DNA of 64,000 nt from an uncultured bacterium (GCA_963845185.1 CAWJRG010000010.1:128001-192000), one strand, 5' to 3'; positions 49,553 to 60,780 are shown, counted from the first letter of the stretch. Notes: generated by a model not told the origin, from the sequence alone. Made by a program: numbers and translations.

Positions 49553-51371
49553 GCTTTTGCTTTATTGCTGCCTGACACTGCTTCAATCCTATATATGTAT
49601 ACTCCGCTGGCGACATCTTTATTCACAAAATTTTTGCAGTTCCATCGTATGCTGTTTCTTCCCTGCGAGCCTTGTTGATCAAGCGTAGTTACTTTTTCTC
49701 CACTTATTGTGTATATATTTACTTTTACATCAGCTTCTATTCCGAGCTCATAGATAATATAAGTATAGTTATTCGCAGGATTTGGAGAGTTTGTTATGAG
49801 CTTAAAATAAAAAGACGCAGGAATCTCTGTCTTTGTCGGCGTCATGGTTGGCGTGTCGGACACTGAGCTTGTCGAAGTGACCGTTGCTGTTGACGTTGAA
49901 CTTTGAACATTGAACGTTGAACTGGGTGTTATGGTACACGTAGCACTTACCGTAGGCGTAACAGTGAGCGTAGTCGAATCTGTCGCCGAAGGCGTATTTG
50001 TCGGTGGCGTTCCGGTTATGGTGGGTGAGACTGTCGGCGAGGCCGTGGGCGATGGCATGCAGTATACTACTAATCCATTTGCCGAGGGATAAGCCATTAC
50101 TATTTCATTCTGTCCTATGGTTGCTGATGGATAATTATATTCAAACGACACCCCTCCTCCATATGTCCAGACAGGATTGCCTTGCCATAAAACATTATTT
50201 CCGTTATTAGCGTCAACTGCGTATCCATATACATTAGCGCTATATACAACTCCATTGGCTGTACTTATTGGTCCGTCCCCTCCTAAACTTAATGAGTAAT
50301 TAGTAGGAAAACCTGAAACAAACGTACCATTTGCTTTATAAAGACCATATAACATTCCTGTATGAGTCCCGAAATATACTTTATCATTCCATATACTCGC
50401 AGTGCTTATTATTTGGTCATTTCCTCCTAAATACGGGTGAGGTGTTGTAATTGACCAGTTTATATTCCCTGTTGTCGCGTCAATCGAGTAAAAATATCCC
50501 GATTCTGTTCCGATGTATATTGTCCCATTTTCTATTACAGGGCTTGCCCTTATCCCTGCGGTTATAGTTACGGGAAAATTCGCGCACACAGCCCCCGTAT
50601 TCGCGTCCCAACAATAGATTTGTCCCGAGCCCGAATCGGCAACATATACCCTGCCGTTCCATATACATGGCAGGGTGCCTCCCCACGAAGGGATTTGTTT
50701 CCTAAATACCTCGGTTCCATTATTCGCGTCTTTTACGAATAAATAACTTCTCATATCCGCTGTATTTCCCCTAAAATCACCAACTACGAAATATAATTTA
50801 TTTTGCCAATATATTATTCCATCTTCAGGTAATACCCACAATGTTTGTCCAACTGTTTCTGTTATATCTACAGGAAATCCGGATATTAAATTTAAAGTAT
50901 TCAAACTCCAACCATATACTTTATGCTGTGTTATCGCATATATATTATTATTTCCAATTACGAGCCCCCCCCTACTGAGATTATTCCACTATCTAACGGT
51001 CCTAAAGAATATCCTGTTTTAGTCACCCCTGTTTGTATATCCCATGCCCAAACATAGCCCGGGTCGTCCCAATGCACTCCTCCGGTATCTTGATCTCCTT
51101 GACCAAAGTATACATATCCATTATAAATTAAAGAAAAATTATCTGTTGGTACTACATTTGCACTGGGTGTTACGCTCCACGCATATTTTTCCCATCTTTT
51201 CACATACGGCGGATATATTGTTGTCAGGGTATCCGACCTTATGCCGCTATTCCACGTCCCGCTTGTATCGCTTGTGCCATGCGCATCTATCCATATGTTT
51301 CCAGCTTTTATTTGTATTGATAAAGATATTAACGATATAAAAAGTATATAAATAGATTTTATTTTTTTCAC
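49525..51371 (-). CDS. Secreted PQQ-like beta-propeller protein, copy B (frameshifted in a G8 tract at 50965-50972)
   Basis: ORFs 50958-51401 and 49525-50904 join to match copy A (GGLVIGNN) if the tract is G6 or G9; likely GTG start at 51371. Confidence 0.8.
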
Positions 51372-51391
51372 ACCTACTCCTTCAAAAAAAT

Positions 51392-51430
51392 AAAAAGGCA
51401 AAAGAATTTTTCATCGTTCCTTTGCCTTTT
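51392..51430. terminator. Hairpin/terminator
   Basis: AAAAGGCAAA...TTTGCCTTTT. Confidence 0.5.
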
Positions 51431-51440
51431 GTATGTTTTA

Positions 51441-51884
51441 TCAGCGAATTACCGCTATTTTTTTAGTTATTGTTATGTCCCTAAAAACCACCCTGCAAAA
51501 ATATACGCCGTTCGCCGTTTCCTGTCCCAAGTCGTTTTCTCCGTTCCAGCTTACGCTGTTTATTCCCTGTATTGTCTCCGCAGGGCTTAATTCTTTCCGC
51601 CATATTATCCTTCCGTTAATGTCATAAATAACTATCTTTACTTGCTGCTGCTCAGGCAAAGGGAATCTTATGCTTGTCTGTCCCTTACAAGGATTGGGAT
51701 AATTATATACGTTTTTCTCATTTGGTTCAATTGAAAATTCCGATGGCGTTGTTTTTGCATTGTCTTCGCATATCTGCGCCCGTGTCGGCGTGATTGTAGC
51801 CGTTGCGGTTAACGTTGAGCCTTGAGCATTGAACTTTGAGCTTTGAACGTTGAGCCTCACCGCACCACCGCCAGTTTGCTCCAT
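51441..51884 (-). CDS. Orphan linker + FlgD-like domain cassette, second copy
   Basis: Near-identical protein to 49109-49552, offset 2332 bp. Confidence 0.65.
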   Translation of the reverse strand: MEQTGGGAVRLNVQSSKFNAQGSTLTATATITPTRAQICEDNAKTTPSEFSIEPNEKNVYNYPNPCKGQTSIRFPLPEQQQVKIVIYDINGRIIWRKELSPAETIQGINSVSWNGENDLGQETANGVYFCRVVFRDITITKKIAVIR

Positions 51885-53671
51885 GCTTTTGCTTTATTGC
51901 TGCCTGACACTGCTTCAATCCTATATATGTATACTCCGCTGGCGACATCTTTATTCACAAAATTTTTGCAGTTCCATCGTATGCTGTTTCTTCCCTGCGA
52001 GCCTTGTTGTTCAAACGCAGTTACTTTTTCCCCGCTTATTGTGTATATCGTTACTTTTACTTCAGCTTCCATGCCGAGCTCGTAGATAATATAAGTATAG
52101 TCTTTCGCAGGATTTGGAGAGTTTGCTATGAGCTTAAAATAAAAGGAGGCTGGAATCTCTGTCTTTGTCGGCGTCATGGTTGGCGTGTCGGACACTGAGC
52201 TTGTCGAAGTGACCGTTGCTGTTGACGTTGAACTTTGAACATTGAACGTTGAACTGGGTGTTATGGTACACGTAGCACTTACCGTAGGCGTAACAGTGAG
52301 CGTAGTCGAATCTGTCGCCGAAGGCGTATTTGTCGGTGGTGTTCCGGTTATGGTGGGCGAGGTAGTCGGCGAAGCCGTCGGCGACGGCATGCAATATACC
52401 ACGATTCCATTATACGCCGGGTAAACTGTCACAATTTCATTCTGTCCTATTGTAGTTGATTGATAATTATATTGAAAAGATACTCCACCACCATGCGTTG
52501 CATCTGGATTTCCAGTCCATAATAAAGCACCGTTATTTGCGTTAATTGCCAGGCCTCCATAACCAGCGTTGTATATTACGCCATTCGCGGTGCTCATTGG
52601 CCCAGAACCACCGGCATTGCTGACTGGAAACCCGCTCACAAGATTCCCTGTCGCTTTATACAGTCCATACAAGTTTCCATTTTCTCCGCCGAAATATACC
52701 TTATCCTGCCATATGCTTGCTGTGCTGTCTATGTGCTCGCTGCCAACGGTCGCATATGACCAGTTTATATTCCCTGTTGTCGCGTCAATCGAGTAAAAAT
52801 ATCCCGATTCTGTTCCGATGTATATTGTCCCATTTTCTATTACAGGGCTTGCCCTTATCCCTGCGGTTATAGTTACGGGAAAATTCGCGCACACAGCCCC
52901 CGTATTCGCGTCCCAACAATAGATTTGTCCCGAGCCCGAATCGGCAACATATACCCTGCCGTTCCATATACATGGCAGGGTGCCTCCCCACGAAGGGATT
53001 TGTTTCCTAAATACCTCGGTTCCATTATTCGCGTCTTTCACATATAAATAATATGGCGCATTTGGGTACATCATATTTTGCGAGGTGCAAAAATATAATT
53101 TATTGTTATAATATATTATGCCGGTTTCGGGAAGAACAACATTTGTCCCGCCATCTGTTGTTTCTGTTATATTTATAGGGAATCCCGATATTAAATTCAA
53201 AGTATTTAAATCCCATCCATATACTTCATTCGCGCTTAAAGCGTATATTTTATTATTTGCTATCGCAAGTCCTAATGAAATTATCCCGCCATTTGTAGGC
53301 CCAAGCGGAAATCCTGTCTTTGTCACTCCTGTCTGTATGTCCCACGCCCATATATATCCCGGATCATTCCAATGCAATAATCCTGTATCACTATCCCCCT
53401 GGCCAAAATATACATAGCCATTATATATCAATGTTGAATTAGTAAAAGGAACTACATTTGCACCGGGTGTTACGCTCCACGCATATCTTTCCCACCTCTT
53501 TACATAAGGCGGTTGTATTGTAGTTGTTGTATCTGACCTTATACCGCTGTCCCATGTTCCTGCTGTCGAACTCGTCCCGTAATAGTCAGCCCAGGGATCG
53601 CCAGCATAAATAGTTATATTTAATGATACAAAGATTAATATTTGTAATGCAGCCTTAATAATTTGTTTCAA
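51857..53671 (-). CDS. Secreted PQQ-like beta-propeller + Thr-rich linker + FlgD-like domain, copy C (intact)
   Basis: Signal peptide, propeller repeats, SPT/TPT linker, SPNP...KAWSKLAVVR. Confidence 0.85.
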   Translation of the reverse strand: MKQIIKAALQILIFVSLNITIYAGDPWADYYGTSSTAGTWDSGIRSDTTTTIQPPYVKRWERYAWSVTPGANVVPFTNSTLIYNGYVYFGQGDSDTGLLHWNDPGYIWAWDIQTGVTKTGFPLGPTNGGIISLGLAIANNKIYALSANEVYGWDLNTLNLISGFPINITETTDGGTNVVLPETGIIYYNNKLYFCTSQNMMYPNAPYYLYVKDANNGTEVFRKQIPSWGGTLPCIWNGRVYVADSGSGQIYCWDANTGAVCANFPVTITAGIRASPVIENGTIYIGTESGYFYSIDATTGNINWSYATVGSEHIDSTASIWQDKVYFGGENGNLYGLYKATGNLVSGFPVSNAGGSGPMSTANGVIYNAGYGGLAINANNGALLWTGNPDATHGGGVSFQYNYQSTTIGQNEIVTVYPAYNGIVVYCMPSPTASPTTSPTITGTPPTNTPSATDSTTLTVTPTVSATCTITPSSTFNVQSSTSTATVTSTSSVSDTPTMTPTKTEIPASFYFKLIANSPNPAKDYTYIIYELGMEAEVKVTIYTISGEKVTAFEQQGSQGRNSIRWNCKNFVNKDVASGVYIYRIEAVSGSNKAKAWSKLAVVR

Positions 53672-53735
53672 TCCTATACCCTCTTTCCGTCATTATTGTC
53701 GTTATTTTAATTATACAACTTCTTTAACAAAAAAT

Positions 53736-53770
53736 AAAGGGCGATGCAATACACCGCGCACCGCCCTTTT
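53736..53770 (-). terminator. Probable terminator
   Basis: AAAGGGCG...CGCCCTTT hairpin with an adjacent T-run on the minus strand. Confidence 0.55.
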
Positions 53771-53795
53771 ACACCAAATTACAAGCACTCAACGC

Positions 53796-56700
53796 TTATC
53801 TTACTATTGCTATCTTCTTGGTAACTGTTTTGTCTATGGTTGCCACCTTTAGAATATACACGCCGTTTGCCGCGTATATCCCGTAATCATTTACGGCATT
53901 CCAGACAACGCAATTAATACCTGCAATTGTTTCGCCGGCGTCAAGATTTTTTTGCCAGACTATCCTTCCATTGATGTCGTAAATTGCTATGTTGACATCT
54001 TCAGGCGACGCGAGGGAAAACCTTATGGTTGTCCTGTCTTTGCACGGGTTCGGGAAGTTAAACGTGTTCTTTTCGCTCAGCGGCTCTGCAGGGCTGTATT
54101 CAGGCGTTTTTTCGACATTTAATTTGCATACCATAATCGCCGTCGGCGTGATGGTGGGAGTTACAGTTATACACGCAGGCTCGACGCCCCAGATAAGGTA
54201 ACCCTCGTCATATACGCATATCTTTTCCCATTCTTTCCATGCTTCGCATTTTTCAAATGAATAATCATTTGACTGGTCATACAAACTGCCGTCTTTTCTT
54301 TTCACATATACGCTCAACGATATTTTACCGTCGCGCTCTAATTCACCGGCGCAATCTTTAAAACTTATTTCAAGTATCCTGTCCTGGCAACTGCCGGGAA
54401 CTTTTATTATGTTCACATTTACGCAGCCTGATATGTCATGCTTCCCCTTTTCTTTATCTATGTCAAATCCCATGTTCTCATCCTTTTCAAAATCCTCATC
54501 ATCCAATAACTCTACTGCCTCATCCCCCTGTCTCATCCCCCTGTCTTTATTATCCCTGCCGTAGGTATTTCCTGTCTTAAACGCCCATATAACCCCTGTT
54601 ATCTCATCGCCGCTGTATCCGTCTGAACTGTAGAAATACCTGATTGCCACACTGCTTAAATCAACGTCTTTTTTCGAGCAATTTTTCACAACAATTTCCG
54701 GATTAATTGTATTTGTGTGGATTTTTTCAATCCCTGGCCTATATTTTAGTTTATAACACAAACCCGGTATTTCCGTGTTTGTCACTGTCGGTGTCACGGT
54801 GCATGTAGCCGTAGCTGTCGGCGTATTTGTGTATGTTGGAGTTGTAGTATTTGTAAATGTAGGCGACGGCGTTATTGTAAATGTCGGGCTTGCGGTCAAT
54901 GTGGATGTAGCAGTTATTGTAGGCGTCGCTGTATTTGTCGGCGTTAACGCGCTTATTCCGTGGGCAAAACTGCATGACAGAGTCAATGGCCAGAATACGT
55001 TGCCTACGCTCATGCGGTACTCAATGGTTTGCCCTGCCGTCATTGTAATGCCTTTTGAATATTCGCTCATTGTATTGCCGTAAAATATTGTCCCTGCTTT
55101 TAAGGTAACATACGCGTTACTAAGGGCTTTTATTTTCACCCTGTATACGCCGCCCGGTCTGTTTACTTCTATTCTCTGCGGCTCGGTCCCGCAGCCCGTG
55201 AACGCTGAATTCGGTATCTGTGTATAATTTGCCCCGTTTTGACAACCTGTTTGCTGGTTATTTTCATCAATCGCGAGCAGCTCGCCCGGGCTCATCAGCT
55301 CGATATATAGCCTGTTAACAGGCAATGTGCCGGCTATATTATATGGAGCCGGGCCAAGCGCTGTCTCTATGCCGAGTATCGCGCATATTGTCCCGAACAC
55401 GTCTTTTTCGGTCTGGCCATAACCACTGGGGAAATTCACGCCCACATCGTGCCAGTAAAACTTCGCGACGCAATTCGAGGGGTCGGGCCATGGCACGTTT
55501 ACCGACTTAGCAATCGGTAATAATGCGCTTAAAAAATCAGCATACCAGTCAGAACCCCAATCTATAGTAGTTACATTACTCATTAAAAATGCTTTTGTCA
55601 TAGTCATCACATAATAAAAATAAAATTGGTTGGTCAGGCCGGGATTATTGTTATACATATTGGCATTTTCCAGCCATAAAAATTCATCCCACGCGACAGG
55701 GTCTGAAGCATTTAGACTCAACCGGCAAATTCGGAGTCCACGGATAATTCACGCAATACTGTGACCATATGCCTGCCGCTGTTATGGAGCCATAAGGCGG
55801 GTTTTGCGTATGTATTGTGTATTGGCCGGCGCATGGGCCGTAATACCCGCCCTCAGGGCCTGGCACAGGCGTGGGCATGGCGCTGAACAACGGCCAGTTT
55901 TGCGAGAGTATGTAATTTAAATAAGCCTGGTTATCCCTGCTTATAAAAATATGCGCCTTGTCGCGCCGGGGCTGGTAAAATTCCAGTGTAGTATAAGGAA
56001 CGCTTGCGGTTAACGGCGCTGCCTCGGCATCAGGCACGATGCCACCGGAGCTTGGATAAGTTCTCGTTTCTGTATCAAGCACTTCCAGCGCCCAGACCGC
56101 AAACTGGGTATTGCTCATATCTGCCCAGTTAATTATTGGGTATCCCCAACCACCGTAAAAGCATGTTGTTTCTGTAAAAGTACCTGTCCCGAAAAGGTCA
56201 ATTTCCCTGGACGTATTAAGGCTGGTTCCGAGTTCTATCATCTGCACGTTCATCAAATACCTCCAGCCTTGAAACATGGCCTTTTCTATCCGGTCAAAGA
56301 AATCATTCGGCAAATCCGAATCTATGGCCTGGAAATGCGCAATATTGCCCCACAGTCCCGTATTCCTTGCCACTCTTCTGAATGCCGCCAGCGCGACCAG
56401 GGCGCCTGATGTGTCGTACACGTCGGTTACCCCCTCTACTGTTGGCACTTTTCTGTCTGTTATAGGACCTTCTGCGCTTCCATCAGGAAAAACATTTGTT
56501 ATTTGCACATTGCTGAGTATGTACCCTATGCCCCTGAGCACGGCAGGGTCGTTCACGCTCAGGCCGATTACAGGCGTAGTATTGGCCGCAGGCGGAATGG
56601 TCGTAAAATAATAATAAGCGCCTTCGTTGAGCAGGGCAAGCACGGCAAGCCCTGTTACGCCCACTTCCGCGGTCCATGACGTGTTCTCGCCGTTTGTCTG

Positions 56701-58674
56701 GCAGTTGGCTGCTGAAATAGGAGGCGGTATGACATAACCCGGGTTCGGTCCCCACTGGTTGTTGGTAAAACCCCATGCCCCGTCAACCTGTGCAGGATAT
56801 ACAGGCGTAAGCATCTGCATTGTGTGCAACCAGTCTATGGCGCTGTCTTTTATGGATATAGCCGTTATTGACGGCGTCACTATGGGCGTGTTTGTCGGCG
56901 TCGGAGTATATGTATAAGTCGGGGTATCTGTAGATGTAGGAGTATCCGTAAAAGTTTCTGTTATTGTCGGCGTTGATGTGCTTGTATACGTCGGCGTTGC
57001 TGTCTGCGTATACGTATATGTATCTGTTACCGTATACGTATATGTAAGGGTTGATGTATCTGTCGGGCTTGAAGTAGGCGTGGCGGTCGGCGTCCATGTA
57101 GGTGTACTCGTTGGTGTCCATGTCGGAGTGCTAGTCGGTGTATCTGTCTGTGTATTTGTTGGCGTATCTGTCGGCGTTGACGTGGGTGTGTCCGTCGGCG
57201 TAGAGGTATAAGTATATGTATAAGTAGGGCTTGGCGGACATTGTTCATAAGCGCATAAAATACCGTTTTGAACGCCGTCACAATATATATCGTAAGTTGC
57301 CCCAGATAATAGAAATACTTTATTATTTGCTACTACAACATTTCCCTTATCCCAATGTCTCCATTGTGATGCAAATGCAATAGTATTAATTATATTTCCC
57401 GACAAATTCATTACATACAATATTCCATCTGATCCTTGTGCATATATAAAATTATTTGCCGCAGTTGCAGGTAAAGCGCTCCACGCTGGTATCCCTGGTC
57501 TAGACGGAGTAATGACGGAAGCGGAGTTTCCATTGTCTTTAATCACATTAATATTTGTAGACGCTATATTTCCATTTACGTATAAATATATTGTGCCCGA
57601 ACTATCATTTAATGTAATATACGTAGGATATATTCCTAATGAACTCACGTTTAGTGCCCATATCAAGCTAAAAGTTCTTATAATAGGATCAAAAAAATAT
57701 TTATAAATTGTATCGCCTCCTCCATTGCTGGGATCATCATCGCCTACAAAATAAAGAAAATATCCAAGTACTGTAATTGGAGAACAAATTGAATGGCCTA
57801 TATTAGTTGATATTAATGGCGTAGTAAAATTTATGTTTTCCGCATAGAGATTATCATTTAAAGTCCCAAAAAAAACCCACTGATTTGTTAAATCACTGCT
57901 GATAATATTATTCCGCATTGATAAAGCCGGACCACCACCATATGCCGGCGGAGCAACCAATCCTAAAGTGCTTAAATTTATTTGATATAGACTGCCATTT
58001 GATGAAATAAAATATAAGCCATTACCATTATTCCTTCCGGCATTTGTTATTGGATTATTATTAATTAGTAATGGAGTAACACTATTAGGAGTAAGTATAC
58101 TGAGATAGGTAGGAGGAGTATACGATGTATCAATTTCAGTTATGGCATTGCTTGAAATAGTTGCGGATGTTCCATTATCTTTTATCCTGAATATTTGTAT
58201 ACCTAAAGGATTGCCTAAACTGTCGGTAATTCCAATTGCCAAATATAAATTCGGAATATTTGTGCCATCCTCTGGATTTATAGTTGTTCCAACCATTTTT
58301 CCTACAAAAGGGTCGCGACAAAGCGAAGAGCAAGATGCCCCCGTGGCGAATTGAGATGATAATGATACTGCCCAGATAGTTGCGCCTGTTATCTGGTCGA
58401 CACATATTACTTTTTGATTTTCACAATCAAAAACATATAAACGATCGTCTAAAGCAACAATTCCTCGTTCCGCACCTCTGGGGGTGATATTTGATATTTC
58501 ACTATCTGATGAGCACCATAACTGGCAAAGCGGACTCAGCCCGTTTACGCGATTATATCCGTCATTTTGGTTGTCGTTCATCCATCTGGGCCAATTTTCA
58601 GCAGAGATAGATATTACTAACGATAATAGCAATAAAACCGAAAAAGTAATTGTTTTAAAAATTGTATTATCCAT
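53796..58674 (-). CDS. Giant secreted multidomain protein: PQQ-like propeller, Thr-rich linker, prenyltransferase/squalene-cyclase-like barrel, CBM3-like domain, FlgD-like CTD (frameshift near 55720)
   Basis: WP...N...N.G start; [26 protein letters not shown]...KA and DWY repeats span both ORFs; NTINP.I...N.....DLS...IRYFY and YDQSNDYSF (CBM3); FPNP...KKIAIVR. Confidence 0.7.
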
Positions 58675-58686
58675 GTTTTGCCTCCC

Positions 58687-59418
58687 TTATTTTGTTAAAA
58701 TAAATTCGGTATCGGGAATATTTCTATTTATAACCAAATTTTCATAGTCGTAATTTTCATTATAAATACCTTGTTGGGTATAAATTATTTTTTTTATGAA
58801 CGTCGGCATCCATATTCCGTTAAATATATGATAATCATCAATTTTTATTTCCACATTCTTTATAGTGCTATAATATTGAATTATCGACGTAATTTGCATG
58901 ATTAAACCATCTATAATTATTTTATAATTTTCACCTATTCCAGCGGCTGTAATTGTTATGTTTTTCCCATCGGATATTAAAGATAATGAAAAATTTGTAA
59001 AATATATCGGCTCAAATACAATGCTGTTTTCAAGTATTTTTATTGGATCTGAAGAATTTATGCTGACTGCCGTAGATGTCACACCTAAATTAGGGAAAAC
59101 ATTTATATTATTTTGGCTTCTAACATACTCATTTATCCCATCGTAAGAACTTCCATAGTTACATCCCCAGATACAATTTACTAAAAATTTGTCCGGCCTT
59201 TTTAATTTAAATTCAGTTTGAATAGTTTTATTGTTTTGTGAATAGTAAATTTTCATTCTTCCTTTGGCAGTTTTGATGCTGTCAAAATTCTTTTGAATTT
59301 CCTTTAATAACTGATATGGATCTATTGCGGTAGCTGGTTGATACGGCTGAGATGCCGCAAAAAGGAAAGCTGGAACAAAAATGATAAAAAGCAAAAGAAA
59401 ACCAAAAAGTTTTTTCAT
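58687..59418 (-). CDS. Secreted LolA-like / outer-membrane lipoprotein-sorting-like protein
   Basis: Signal peptide, KRPDK...YDG, G.WMP and N..IPD..F C-terminus. Confidence 0.6.
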   Translation of the reverse strand: MKKLFGFLLLFIIFVPAFLFAASQPYQPATAIDPYQLLKEIQKNFDSIKTAKGRMKIYYSQNNKTIQTEFKLKRPDKFLVNCIWGCNYGSSYDGINEYVRSQNNINVFPNLGVTSTAVSINSSDPIKILENSIVFEPIYFTNFSLSLISDGKNITITAAGIGENYKIIIDGLIMQITSIIQYYSTIKNVEIKIDDYHIFNGIWMPTFIKKIIYTQQGIYNENYDYENLVINRNIPDTEFILTK

Positions 59419-59781
59419 AATGCCCTCCCGTGTTTAATTTATATTTTTATAAAAATGAGTTATTTTTTCACTCAAGTTTTCCCAAGCATAATATTTTAAT
59501 ATACGGTGGTTTATTTGAATTGTTTGATTCAGAAAGGACTTCCCAAACCCTATTTTCCTTTTTTAACAACCTCATCATAAAAACCATCTCCTCTTTCCCC
59601 GGTTTTCTTAGATGAGTGCGCGTTTTTAAATCAGTATATATAAGTATAATTTATGATTTGAGTTTTGTCAAATATTTTGTTTATTTTCTTCAGAAATTTA
59701 CCGTCAATTCCAAGGGGAATATATTAAAAAAATGGGGGAAAGTGGACTAATAAATACCTGAGTTGGGGGATTTCTTTCAAA

Positions 59782-60780
59782 TTAAAATTTCAACCACGGC
59801 AATGCGCTTAAGATAAGTCCCAGTATGAAAAATCCTCCTGCCATCTTATTGAACCAGAATGCCCATGCCACGTACCACAGCGGCCATATGGAAAAGTTTT
59901 CAGGCTGCTTATCCGGCTTTTTTTCCTTTAATATTTTTACAAATTTCACAAACCTCCATAATGATAAAAGGACTATCAAAGTTACAGGATTTAAAAACCT
60001 TAATATCACCAGTACTATAATCGCCACGTAAAAAAGCGCCGTGTTTATTATTGTAAAATTTATCGCATTTTCAAACCCGAGCACTACCGACAGGGTTTTG
60101 ACTCCCTTTTCCTTATCTTTTTCATATTTATCAAGGTGCTTGCCCAGCAGAACGTTAGTGACTACAAGCCCGTATGGTATTGACGCCAGCCAGATTTTCA
60201 GCGGCATGCTGCCTGCCATGACATAATAAGTGCCCACGGTGATAAGCGGACCCCAAATTAGAAAAATCGCCAGTTCCCCCAGTCCGCGGTATTTCAATTT
60301 CAGCGGCGGCGCTACATAAAAGATACTCAGGAGAAACCCTGCCGCAGCGAAAATAATCGCCCAGATTCCGCATTTTACCGTAAAAAATATCGCGACAGCC
60401 AATTCAATGGCGCTGAAGCCAAAAAACGCGCCTAACAGCTGTTTTTCCGTTATCAGTTTTGACGCTATTGGGTGCGGAGAATACTGCGTCCTCGGATAAT
60501 CCTCGGTATCGAGCCCCTGCTTATAGTCAAAATAATCGTTTATCAGGTTGTTTGAGGCATGCGCCAGCGCCAGCGCAACAAGCGCGAGCACCGCGTATAT
60601 AAGGTTAAACTTCCTGTCTATCAGCCCCAGCAACGCGCCCACAAGAACGGATGTCATGGTCATGGAAAAAACGCACGCGCGTGTTGCTATCATCCACTTG
60701 CTTAAAAAATCCATTTTTCTTTCCTTGCACAAATTGCAAGTATCAATTACTTCTTTCCAGTTTTTTAAAAGCTGAAACAT
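59782..60780 (-). CDS. menA: 1,4-dihydroxy-2-naphthoate prenyltransferase (UbiA family)
   Basis: NLINDYFDY..GLD, PLKLKYRGLGE and D...GVKTL motifs; multi-TM. Confidence 0.8.
   Translation of the reverse strand: MFQLLKNWKEVIDTCNLCKERKMDFLSKWMIATRACVFSMTMTSVLVGALLGLIDRKFNLIYAVLALVALALAHASNNLINDYFDYKQGLDTEDYPRTQYSPHPIASKLITEKQLLGAFFGFSAIELAVAIFFTVKCGIWAIIFAAAGFLLSIFYVAPPLKLKYRGLGELAIFLIWGPLITVGTYYVMAGSMPLKIWLASIPYGLVVTNVLLGKHLDKYEKDKEKGVKTLSVVLGFENAINFTIINTALFYVAIIVLVILRFLNPVTLIVLLSLWRFVKFVKILKEKKPDKQPENFSIWPLWYVAWAFWFNKMAGGFFILGLILSALPWLKF

Noticed and set aside
47137..53671. Diversity-generating retroelement template/variable repeats
   Set aside because: No reverse transcriptase in the window; differences are block-wise and often synonymous, not adenine-specific.
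55721..56860. Functional squalene-hopene cyclase
   Set aside because: No DXDD catalytic motif seen and the protein is exported; only the repeat fold is supportable.
54775..57211. Val/Gly-rich plus-strand ORFs
   Set aside because: Antisense shadows of Thr/Pro-rich linkers. The same applies to most short opposite-strand ORFs in the track.
59469..59588. 39-aa minus-strand ORF upstream of the LolA-like gene
   Set aside because: SD-like GAGGAG is present, but there is no recognisable motif; unsupported without homologs.
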